A stretch of 47,369 nucleotides of DNA, filler included, from Jimgerdemannia flammicorona (taxonomy: Eukaryota), in NCBI GenBank assembly GCA_003990765.1. It is 2 parts of 2 records of this genome, joined end to end, with 100 filler letters (N's around TTAATTAATTAA, not from the genome) between each part and the next. Parts side by side here need not be neighbours in the genome. Positions count along the whole stretch, not along the records: positions 23,737 to 47,369 come from RBNJ01001085.1; 1 more part is not named here. The stretch is one strand, 5' to 3'. Numbering within the stretch: the stretch's first letter is position 1; the number at the start of each line of letters is the position of its first letter. A model generated the notes under the pieces. It saw only the letters and a list, made by a program, of their open reading frames with translations, did not search any database and was not told the origin of the DNA. Positions 37,367 through 47,369 of the stretch are shown in pieces. The position numbers were made by a program, and so were the translations under genes.

Positions 37367-38448
37367 GATCATAAGAACCTTAGAGATCTCCTCAAGAAGA
37401 TAGAACAATTATATAATTAAGCCTAAGTTCAGATTATCAAGGCCCAAGAAAGACAAAAAAAGTATTATAATCAGAAGTAGAAGAATTAGAAGATCAAGAT
37501 TAGAGATCAAGTATTAGTTTGAAGAAGTATAATTGAGACAAACTTTGCCACCAAACTGAAGCCCAAATGGAAAGGATCTTATCTTGTATATAATATCAGA
37601 GAAACTAGCATCTATTTAAGAAGCCTGGACAGATGAACCCTAAAGACACCAGTATACATCAATCACCTCAAGATATATCTTCCTTCACATAATGAATCAG
37701 AGGATTGACTAGCATCTCCAGACCCTTGTCCTCAGTTCATTCTAATTACTTCCAATTTCTCTATCCCAATTCTATCTAGTCAATAGAAACTCTCTCCAGC
37801 AAATTCAGATTCATTGAGAGAATCTTACCTTAGCCAGACATCTCCTATAAGTCCACTAGCTACAGGCCTACTATGCAATTGATAAACAGTTGTAGAACCT
37901 CTTAGATCTATATCAGAAATACTACAGATCTGATATAAAGATATATCACTACTGCTGACAGACTATACCATCTACAAATGAAATATTACAGCATTAGTAT
38001 AGGTACAGTTTTTCCTGCATAATATACAAGAGATGAATCTAGCCACCTATCTGAGTATCATCAACTATGTTGAAATCCTATTCCCAGAGAAAGAAGAGAA
38101 ACCTATAATTTGAATACTTAAATTTAAAATAACTAAATACAGAAACCCTATATATTGTACTGAGTATTTATAGCAAACAGAATGATATGCCACCCCCCGC
38201 AAGCTATGCTATATAAGGCCGCGTAAGACAGAGAAAGCTACGTAAGCATAAGAGGGCAGCGAAAGCTTTTGCTATGACTGGTGTTGGGTCACGTGCACGT
38301 TGGCCATAGCGTCCATTAGCCCATTAGCCATTATTGGCCAAGAATCATAAATGAAGTTTAGACCAGATGGCAATCAAACATAATGACTAATTTAGTTCGG
38401 CATATTTAGTCCGCGAGTTGTTCTCTCCCCAACACCGAAGGAATAGCC

Positions 38449-40631
38449 ATGACGACAAAAATACTAGGTACGGAACGCGCCGAGGTCGTTGGTTTTGAGC
38501 GAATACTTCACGTTTGCTGAACAGGTTTTGCCTGGGTTTAGAAGTCGCGTCCAAGGACCAGACCTCGCAGGGTCGTGTTCATGACACGACCTCCTCCTTT
38601 AGTAATCGTGCGAGAGGTTTTGCCGCGGGCGTGGCATCGGGTATCACAAAGCTCGTCGTGGGGCATCCTTTCGGTACGGTTGGTTTCCATTGCTTTCTGT
38701 CGCGGATTGGTGAAAATCGATGGAGTGTGGGATGGTATATTGATCGATATGTAGTAACAGTTGAAGGATGATAGAAAACGACGGGAAGAATATTTTAACA
38801 TTCTCCGTGTCAACCGCTCTTCTGTAGATACGATCAAGGTCCGGTTGCAAACCTCAGGCGCGGCGGATGGACGGTTTGCTGGGCCGCTTGACTGCTTCAA
38901 GTCTACTTTACGCCAGGTCTGTCGGCGTGCCCCGGTCAACTGTCATCCTTTACAGTGAATGTACGATGTGGAGTGCGTAGTTGATATTACAAAATGCTGA
39001 TTATAGCACATTGCCATACCTATGTCGATTCTGTACATTTCAATCAATAGGAAGGCGTCCGGGGACTATACAAAGGTGACCACTCTGTATATCTACTTTG
39101 ATGCCAACAGTTTTTCTATCTTGAGGTCGTCTTGTTACTGCAATTCAAATCGATTCTAACACCAGTTATACCTGATCAATTCAACTCTGCCAGGTGCAAC
39201 GCCACCGCTAGTAGGATGGATGTTCATGGACAGCATCATGTAAGGCCCATTCAAACCCCATCATATCTGGTTCTCACCACGGAAGTCGGCGGTCATGGAT
39301 AAACCTTGTTTGAAGAGCGCATTACAATCCTTTGGATAGGTTATGTCAACCTCATCCCTGTTCACACATTTTAATATCCGATTCTCACAGGCTTGGTACC
39401 CTTCACAATACCCGCATGCTTCTACAACAATACAACGGTCCCGACCGACCCCTCTCCATTTTCCAGCATGGTCTCGCAGGACTCGCTGGTGGGTTGACGG
39501 TCTCCTTTCTTGCCACGCCCGTAGAACAGATCAAGGCGCGCCTGCAGGTGCAGTATGCAGATGGTAAAAAGTTGTACACAGGACCGATACATTGCGCAAA
39601 GACTTTGGTAAGTGAGATTCCTGGCTGGGAATTGTATGTTCCTTGGAAAAAAGATGTGTTTGTCTTGTCATCATTGGTTTCTCGACCCACCATTTGATTA
39701 TTCATCATTTCGACGCAATTGTAATCGCAGATACACAATAATGGGTTCTTCCGCGGTTTATGGAAGGGATTGGTTCCGACGATGTTGTTCAGAAGCTGGT
39801 TCTTTGTTTTCTGGAGCTCTTATGAGGTGAGGACCACGGTTGTAACAGAGTGAATGTTTGCCAATGATTTGTATTTCATGACCTTCAGTGATCATTTGTG
39901 ATTATCAGGTTTACGGTCGTGAGTTGCGCAAGCGTGGATATAGCGATTCGGCAGTTAGCTTCATCGCTGGTGGTGTCTGTGCCAATACGTTTTGGCTCGG
40001 CGGGTTTCCGTTTGGTGAGCTAGGTTTGCTAGGTTTGCGGACTCGCAATGTTGGGATTTATACGTAGCGACGTAGCGACTGCTTGCGACTTAGACCACTC
40101 ACCAAATTTCCACAGACGTCGTCAAGAACCGTATCATGACTCAGCCGGATGTCAAACCACCACGATTCCCAACGATGCGCAGCTGCGCAGAGTTCGTGTA
40201 TCGAACAGGTGCGTAACTTTCCTTCACCGCTGGTGTTGCAAGAAAGAATGTCGTTGTTTATGCAGATTTGGATGTAATGGAACAAGAGTATAGATGTATG
40301 CTATCCCCAAAAACTGGCATCACATAACTGATGTGCCATACCATTTCCGTTTGTAATCTCGTCAAATTCTTTATTCGCCTAACATATGCAGAGGGCTTGA
40401 AGGGCTTCTATCGAGGTAAAGATTTTTTTTTTTTTTTTTTTTTCAGTTCACGTCAAACTATCACCTCCAAACTATCACCTCCTCTAACGAATCCTGTTGA
40501 TCGATCCAGGCTTCCTTCCCTGCTTCCTTCGAGCATTCCCGACCAACGCTTCCGCCATTCTGGCGTTCGAAACCGTGATGAAGCTTCTGGGCGATAATCA
40601 CAAGGTGGAAGCCGAACCATTTGAAGATTGA
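38449..40631 (+). CDS. Mitochondrial carrier (SLC25; carnitine/ornithine-carrier-like), 11 exons
   Basis: Exons 38449-38467, 38542-38673, 38828-38916, 39051-39075, 39194-39239, 39391-39607, 39731-39826, 39909-40014, 40116-40208, 40392-40415 and 40510-40631, all with GT-AG introns. Three Px[DE]xx[KR]x[RK] motifs: PFDTIKVR, PVEQIKAR, PFDVVKNR. Confidence 0.93.
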
Positions 40632-41088
40632 AGAGTATCAATCTTTGTGGCTAAAGTTCAAGTTCAGGACGACGACGACGGGCATTCAGATAATTGCCAT
40701 GTGCGGACTAGTGGTTGGCAAGAGACCGTGTTGGGGTATTCATAGTTCTTTTTCTCTCCAGGTAGATGAAACAATCATATCTCCTTTACGCCCATCATGA
40801 TCTATTTTATTCGTCCCCATTTTTTTTGTACACATGTACCAATCGAAATAGTCCCAAGAACGAAAGATTGAGGATAGAGACCAAATTTGATATTTGCAAG
40901 ACCTCTTTGCTGCGGATGTTAGCTGCCGATTTATAATAGTTACAAACCATCAGAATAGGAAATAAAAATAAATTTTATGAGATCGTGTTTATCGCATCGT
41001 TGATTTATTTTCTCGATTGCTGAAAGCAGCAAAATTGCATCAACACGCGTTTCTCCTGAATACATAAACTGAAGATGCCCATCGACAT

Positions 41089-41469
41089 TCAAAACAATCT
41101 CCCGCCGATCGGCACCTCCCTCTCGGGCTGCAACAGGACGACCTCGCCATCGGCGTCGGGGACGCCAAGGGTGAGGACCTCGCTCATGAACTTTCCAATC
41201 TGCCTTGGGGGGAAATTGACAACGGCGAGGACGAGCTGGCCTTCGAGGGCGTCGAGGGCGTAATGTTTTGTGATCTGGGCGGAGGACTTCTTTTGGCCAA
41301 TCTCGAGGCCAAAGTCGATCAGGAGCTTGTACGCCGGCTTGCGTGCCTCGGGATACGCCTCCGCTGTCAGGATCCGTCCCACCCGCACGTCCACCTTGAG
41401 GAAGTCCCCGAGCCCGATCGGCTCCGTCCCGCTGCTGCTGCTGCTGCTGCTGCTGCTGTGCTTGTTCAT
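41089..41469 (-). CDS. csaA: CsaA-like OB-fold chaperone / tRNA-binding protein, prokaryotic type, intronless
   Basis: [42 protein letters not shown]...[21 protein letters not shown] is the CsaA family pattern. N-terminal poly-Ser comes from an (AGC)n repeat. Confidence 0.9.
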   Translation of the reverse strand: MNKHSSSSSSSSSGTEPIGLGDFLKVDVRVGRILTAEAYPEARKPAYKLLIDFGLEIGQKKSSAQITKHYALDALEGQLVLAVVNFPPRQIGKFMSEVLTLGVPDADGEVVLLQPEREVPIGGRLF

Positions 41470-41567
41470 GCTGCGCTCGTCCGAGAGTGTGTGCGATGCC
41501 TAATGCCCCCTTGGCTAGCCTTCCACTCCAGATACTTAAAGACGCCATGCGGATGGCACAGTCGCGC

Positions 41568-41775
41568 GGTTTGGTGCCGCAGTAGGATTCGTAATTTTGT
41601 AAAAAGTCCCTTGGTTTGGGTGCCGCAGTAGGATTCGTAATTTTGTAAAAAGTCCCTTGGTTTGGTGCCGCAGTAGGATTCGTAGAAAGTCCCTTGGTTT
41701 GGTGCCGCAGTAGGATTCGTAGAAAGTCCCTTGGCTTGGTGCCGCAGTAGGATTCGTATATAATTTTATAGAAAG
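41568..41775. repeat. Minisatellite, five copies of TTGGTGCCGCAGTAGGATTCGTA with periods of about 46/45/36/36 bp
   Basis: Read directly; linkers are ATTTTGTAAAAAGTCCCTTGG or GAAAGTCCCTTGG. Confidence 0.92.
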
Positions 41776-42030
41776 GCCTCGGAGCGCTGGCTTTTGGGGT
41801 TTAAGGTTTTGTTATTTCTTTTTTCGTCATGCATGGTTTCCGAGACATCGGATCCTTGGCCCATAGATGGAAATAAAAATATATTTTATGATTCAATCGA
41901 GACGACAGAGAGGATCTTCATGTCGGACGCAAAAGGAGAAAAAAAAAAAAAAAAATGGACTGCTATGGAATACTATTTAGATCGTTCATGGTCAATTTTC
42001 GTGTCGTTTCAAACGGGTACATATGTACAT

Positions 42031-42576
42031 TTAGTTGAGGGTGGTGGTGTGGTCGGTGGTGGCCGTGCCACGCTTCAATTGCTCGCCCTCAATAACCTTG
42101 GCATCGTTGCCAGAGATCTTGCCGGTAACCTTTTTGAACGTTCCCTTGATCTTGTCGCTGGCGGTCGGCTCCATGTCAGCGGTAGTGTTGGTGACGCCGT
42201 GGTGCTCGTTGTAAATGTTACGGGCCTCGGCACCTCCGCCGCCGACGGCAGCTCCTAGGGCGGCGTCGCGTCCGAGGTGGCGGTCTTGGGGCGGTTTGCC
42301 CTCGCGGTGCCTGTCCCAGTCATGCTTCACCTCACCTGCAAGGATGATTGAATTCTTGAGCTTCGTTCATTGCGGATGAGAACAGCAAATGAAGCACTTA
42401 CCACCAGCAACGCCGATACCGGCTCCAGCGACGGCATCCCTGACGGGATGGTGGTGGTGGACGTTGTGTTGGTTGTTGTGAGTACCGGCATCAGGGGCAG
42501 TGGGGTCGACCTGGGCGCCGGGAGCGACGGTGGAGGAGGTCTGATCGACGGGGGTGTTGTTGTTATAGCCGGACAT
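42031..42576 (-). CDS. Small hydrophilin / stress protein with a CsbD-like C-terminus, 2 exons
   Basis: Exons 42576-42402 and 42335-42031 joined in frame by a GTAAGT..TGCAG intron; C-terminal SDKIKGTFKKVTGKISGNDAKVIEGEQLKRG. Confidence 0.75.
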
Positions 42577-43749
42577 CTTTGTTTTGTTGTTTGTTTGGTT
42601 TGGTTGGTTGGTTGTAGTGTGAAGTTGTTTGCTGTCCGAATTGAAGAGGGGGGGTATTTATTCGTTTCCCCCCGACGCCTCCGCGCTCTCCGCGCTGAAA
42701 CTTAACGCCAGACCTTGCAGGGCGTAGCCCAGTCCATCAATGGTGCTGATTCTATGATGTGCGCGGGCGTCATGTATTTAATCTCCACTGGCGACTACGA
42801 CCGGTTTTGGAACAAACCTGATGTTCGAGACACGTCACTAGTGAGGGCGTACCGGCAAAGGCGTCATGTTGCTCACATCTTTCTCTTCATCTTTATTCTG
42901 AATGGTTGAACGGCGCCTATGCAGCCATAAAACCCTCACCATGACATCATTCCATATTTGCCTTTTTTTTTTTAAGCGCCATCTCTACGGCAAAATAATG
43001 TACCGCTATTAAGAAAAGATCAACAAACATGCGGACATTCGGATATGCAATAATTATTGTAATGAAATTTGAGCAAAACTAGCCAGACCAAAGGCGCAGG
43101 TTGTAAACAATAATGATGTATGCCGATCCCTATTGTCATGTACGCGACTCCTTCCTGGTTTCGTCTTGGAATTATGAAACTAATTGGATTATTCTACTGA
43201 GGGGGTGAAAGAAAATTTGAAGTGCTCGAGAACCTCATTGAAGTATAGAAAAGAAGAAATTGCATGATGACAACCCCCAGGGGATAGAAGGCAATTGTCA
43301 TTTTCTTGGCTCCAGAGTGCCGTTCGTTTGGTTCATCATTATTCACTTTGTAAGTGCCTCTTCCAGTAGCGGCGCATTCTCAACCATATCTCCCAAATGA
43401 CATCAAGTCGGCTTCTCAACGTGCTCCCGCTCTTCTCCAGACGCAATGCACCATCCAGTCCCACGAATATCTGTCGAATCTATCCGTCATCACAGGAGCA
43501 AAATTTGCAAAATCCTGAGCTGGCACTAACCACAACCCTCGAACCAAATCGTCCCACCCCGCCACTAGCCCCGAGAAAAAAAGAAAAAAAAAAAAAAAAA
43601 AAAAAAAAGAATCTATGAACATTAGTAGCCCCCAAACAAAATAATCTAGAAGCAAAACGCACAGATAACAGACTTTTCTGCGGACCATCCCACAAGACCT
43701 CGCAGCCCGCACAATCATTATTTGCACCAAATCAACCACGACATGCTCA

Positions 43750-46700
43750 TCATCCCTTGTAACCCACCCACTTCCAACTCTTGGCACTCTCGTTCACACT
43801 TTGCGTCTGTCCTTGCTCCTGAAGGACCTGCGCTTCTGGTCCCTCCGGCACGCCATTCGCGGCCCCATTTTCTATTGCTCCAGACCCTGTCTCATACGCA
43901 GTAGTGCCGTTATGTGGGAAAATGTTGTTAAACGATGTTTGTTGATGGGGTTGTTGAGGGTATTCGGATGAGGGGAGACTGGATGCTGGGGACAATGCGG
44001 CGGCTGGGTGAGCGTATTCAGGTCGCGTGGCTTGTTGATTCGCGAACACGAAATACGGGCTACTAGATGCTTCACCGTACGTGCGGGATGCCGTCGAGGG
44101 GAGAGTTACCGGCGTTGTAGGTAAGACAGTGGTGTTCGGAGCGCTGGTTGGGTGTTTGTCAAACATCAACGGTGGTTTCTCTTTTTCCCTCCTCTTCTTG
44201 TTCTTCTCGGCCTCGCGCCCGTCCAACTTCTCCCACGTCCTTTTACTCGACGGCACCGTCAACTTCACCACTACGTTCCCATCTTTCCGGTTTTTCCACG
44301 CCTCCTCATCCCACTCTTCGTCTCCAAACAGACACCGCAATAGTCTGGTCGCCAGCCACTCGAGCTCCCTGGCCAGCTGGGTGATGGAGCTCTCCTCATG
44401 ATTGTATACCACGCAATTCCATACGATCTGCCTTAGGTCCGCAACGAAACCAATGAACCCCACACGCGAATTATCCTCACAAGCTTTGCCGTCCTCGTCG
44501 CTTCCGCTTTCTTCCATGTTCGCCTCCTGAGCCTCGGTCTTGACGCCGTTGTATCGATCGAGCATGATCTTCTTGTAGATCGTAGAGAGGTCCATTGGCC
44601 GCTTGATGATCTTGGGGTAGTCGAAGATTTTGAATTTGACAACGTCAACAGGGACAGCGAAGTCGTCAGAGCAAGGTTGCGAGAGAAGGAGGGAGACGGT
44701 ATCTCGAAGGAGGGATTTGACGAGCGGGTTGGTAATGGCTGTAAAGGTCGGTTGATCGTGATGAGTGCATATCATGTGGATTGGAATCAGAAATCGATGG
44801 GCCATCCACACCTTTCCTCCCATCAAAAACGGAATGGTCAAGAAATACATTCATTCAAACGTCAAAACGACTCACCTTGGTGATTCACGTCAAATCCAAC
44901 CTTTAAGCTCCCCAGCTCCGGGAATCCGACCTTGGCCCTACCGTTTTGCTCGAACTCCTCCAACTCCTCCTCTGCCTTTCTCAAAATCTCCACGCGCGGT
45001 TTCACATCGCCATCCAACAACGCAACTGTCTCCTTCAGCTTTGCCACCGCCGTCCCGAGGTCGTCCGGTAATCGACGTCGCAATAGCGTAAGCGGCTCCT
45101 TCTCTTCCGAGGGTTGGCGTATCGCGGCGCCGCCATAACGTGTCACGCGTTGTCTAGGAGGGGGAGTGGTGTCTTGGACGGTGTCTGGGGTAAAGTCTGG
45201 AGTAGCATCTGGAGCAGGAGTTGATTCCGAGACGGGAGTTGTGGGTGTGGGAGTGGGTGCGAGCAAGCTCTTAAAAAAGCCGCGCACTTCTATGTCGAGC
45301 CTCTTTTCCTGTGTCGCGTTGCATGGGGATGAACAAGAATAAGAAAATTAACGAAATTCAAATCGGGGGCGGCCAATATGTTCAGCCCGACACAAAATGT
45401 GGCCTCACGAGGCTTACCGCCATCTTGATTGCTTCCTTTTCCGCTCTCCTCCTTTCCCGCTTCGCTCGATCTTTTTCGGCCTTGCGTTGCTCGGCCTGTT
45501 CCGCTTCGACCCGTCGCATTTCCTCTGCACGTTGATGCTCTTCCACTTCTTTTTTCTGCAATGGAGAGAATACAGGGGGAACGAGCAAGAGGGCAGCAGT
45601 TAATTCAACGCTGAGATTGCCTTCATTCCACCGCTGCGTCATCGATTATCGTTCTCATACCGTAAATTTCATTCTTCCCGCCCCCTTCTCAGATAAAATA
45701 AAATAAGCCAAACAAATACCTTGGATTCGATCCGACTACTTCTCTTCTTCGGCATTGCATTCAACAGCCTCAACTTCTCCAACCGCTCCTTCTCGCGGGC
45801 CCTCGCCACCAACTGCACCTCGATCTTCTCAATCACCTCCTCGCCGATCTCGCACAATGCCTCGTGCAGCATCCGCTCCGCGACCTTTCGCGAGGATTTG
45901 AACCGCATCATCCAAACGCCCCAATCCTTTGGAGTGCGGGCGAGCTTCATGTGTGGAAGGAGTGATGCGCGATGATCATGTTTTGGGACATAACGGTGGA
46001 GGCAATGAAATATTGATGTGCACTGTGGACAAATGTGTAAATGTGATTAGAGACTCACCAGTTCAAACGTGTAATCTTCCATGGGTGGAGTGGAGCCTTG
46101 TTTACGGAGCTTGGGCAGCGGCTTCTCACGGTAAAGTCTTGTTTCTTTGGGAGTACACAGTGTTTAATATTTTTATGCAATACATTTGATAAATTTGCGT
46201 GAACGAAAGACAATTTTGCAGCACGACAACATGTTGGGTACGCGATCCCTGCCCATCTTTTAGTGGCAATGATTCTTCCGTTCAATATTTGAATAATGAC
46301 AATGCAAACCGGGAAATACAGTATTCTTACCTCCAAAAAGCCAGTAGGATCGTCCTTTTTCGTCTATGCCAAGTGGGGCACACCTCTGTAAATGTAGAGG
46401 AAGCGGGAGGGGGGGAGGCGAAAAGATGGATTTCAATATCAATAATAATAATAATATGTAATTCACGTCCTTGACGACGCGCCAACAGCCAATATGATTG
46501 GCATATTTCACGCTGACAGCAGCCCACCGAATCGTCCATCTTGTCATACCGATTCCATTCTCTGCTTTCGCTCCTTCAACCGTGAAAATTAGATAGCACC
46601 TACCATTTCTTCCGAATCCACATCCCTTACAACATCAGCCCCCTCCTCAAACACGCGATCACATACGCGCTTCAGCAGCTCGATCTTGACATGCGTGGGC

Positions 46701-47300
46701 AGTGCGCCGAACGCCACGTCCTCGGGGAATAGGTCATCGATGTCATCGTCATCTTCGCCAGCGTCAGAGGCGAGAGACGAGGAAGAGCCGGCGGAGCGGC
46801 GGTAAGGACGGAGGAGGGCACGGACGTGGAGTTCCCAGATTGCTGGGCTGAAACAATACAAGAACAGGGGAAACGCGTGGTTGAGGGGTTATCCGTTGAA
46901 ATATGATGTTGGCTAGTATGACCCCCAAGCAATTAGATATGGCGGGAACTGGAGACAAGACTCACGTGATTAGGCGCTTGTCCTTCTCAAGGGATCTCAG
47001 AACGCCGGCTCTGGGCGTAAGGTGCTGCAGCAGACGACACATGAATTCGCCCAGAAATGCTGACGAGGTCGCGGTGCCATCAGTGAGACCTGTTGGAACG
47101 GGAGTCGACATACGTGACGAGGAGCCTTGCGATAGCGCGGCACTCGCCTCGCGCTGGTCTTGCGGATCGCCTTCATCATTGGCGCCGAATGCGGCCTCGA
47201 GGTCGTAGATGTCGAAGCGTGGCAGGCCCAGGACGGTTCGAAAGATATCACAAAAGTTGAAGGCATTGAGGAATTTCCAAGACGATTGAAGGATGAGCTC
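43750..47300 (-). CDS. DDT-WHIM1-WSD-bromodomain chromatin remodelling subunit (CECR2/ISWI-accessory-like), multi-exon, 5' end truncated
   Basis: DDT WKFLNAFNFCDIFRTVLGLPRFDIYDLEAAF; WHIM1 LPTHVKIELLKRVCD; WSD PLGIDEKGRSYWLFG; KKRSSRI coiled coil; bromodomain FAVPVD..DYPKIIKRPMDLSTI...DLRQIVWNCVVYN. Confidence 0.85.
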
Positions 47301-47369
47301 TGGGAAATTCCTCAATGCCTTCAACTTTTGTGATATCTTTCGAACCGTCCTGGGCCTGCCACGCTTCGA
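47212..47369. repeat. Perfect 67-bp terminal inverted duplication (foldback)
   Basis: 47303-47369 is the exact reverse complement of 47212-47278, with a 24-nt loop, at the sequence end. Confidence 0.93.

Larger units (their letters stand above)
26881..37710 (+). mobile_element. Ty3/gypsy element A (5'-truncated pol: partial PR, spacer, dUTPase, RT, RNase H, IN), interrupted by element B
   Basis: Protease C-terminus YDMIL(G)TN*MKEMNAVID at about 26925; RT SPWASP, DYRKLN, MPFGLCN, YIDY (29400-29770); RNase H at about 30190-30560; integrase WGVDIIGPLP at about 30845; resumes at 37367 with KLKPKWKGSY. No LTRs seen. Confidence 0.9.

Noticed and set aside
40940..41631. Longer ORFs overlapping csaA
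   Set aside because: Alternative-frame products of GC-rich coding sequence; only 41089-41469 has family motifs.
41568..41775. CRISPR-like array next to a bacterial-type gene
   Set aside because: Inter-repeat sequences are near-identical and short rather than unique spacers, and no cas genes are present; it is a minisatellite.

Overview
Eukaryotic, fungal-type scaffold. The protein sequences and intron style suggest Mucoromycota (inference). It has three zones. (1) 1-18.9 kb is a gene-dense, CpG-depleted island of about 17 small, partly intron-containing genes, all broken by C>T/G>A mutations. It holds five F-box(/LRR) genes, an ankyrin gene, a multi-CxxC gene, an RCC1 + FCP1/NIF-type HAD phosphatase fusion, an RNase III + 2 dsRBD gene (R3B2-like layout), a SUN-domain gene, a Kar5/GEX1/Brambleberry-like nuclear fusion gene and a MITE. 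It reads like the decayed cargo of a giant mobile element or endogenous nuclear virus with a nuclear-envelope, RNAi and ubiquitin toolkit, but no replication, capsid or recombinase hallmark gene is visible. (2) 19-38.2 kb is a retroelement nest: two L1/Tx1-type LINE copies meeting at an N gap, then a Ty3/gypsy element with a full-length chromovirus inserted into it (454-bp LTRs, GATCA TSD). Both LTR elements carry a dUTPase, at different positions, and show RIP-like transition hypermutation. (3) 38.2-47.4 kb is CpG-normal host sequence with an 11-exon mitochondrial carrier, an intronless bacterial-type CsaA gene with an upstream minisatellite, a small CsbD-like hydrophilin and a DDT-WHIM-WSD-bromodomain gene. 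The window ends in a 67-bp foldback that is probably an artefact. Pseudogene boundaries are approximate and all domain calls were made by eye.
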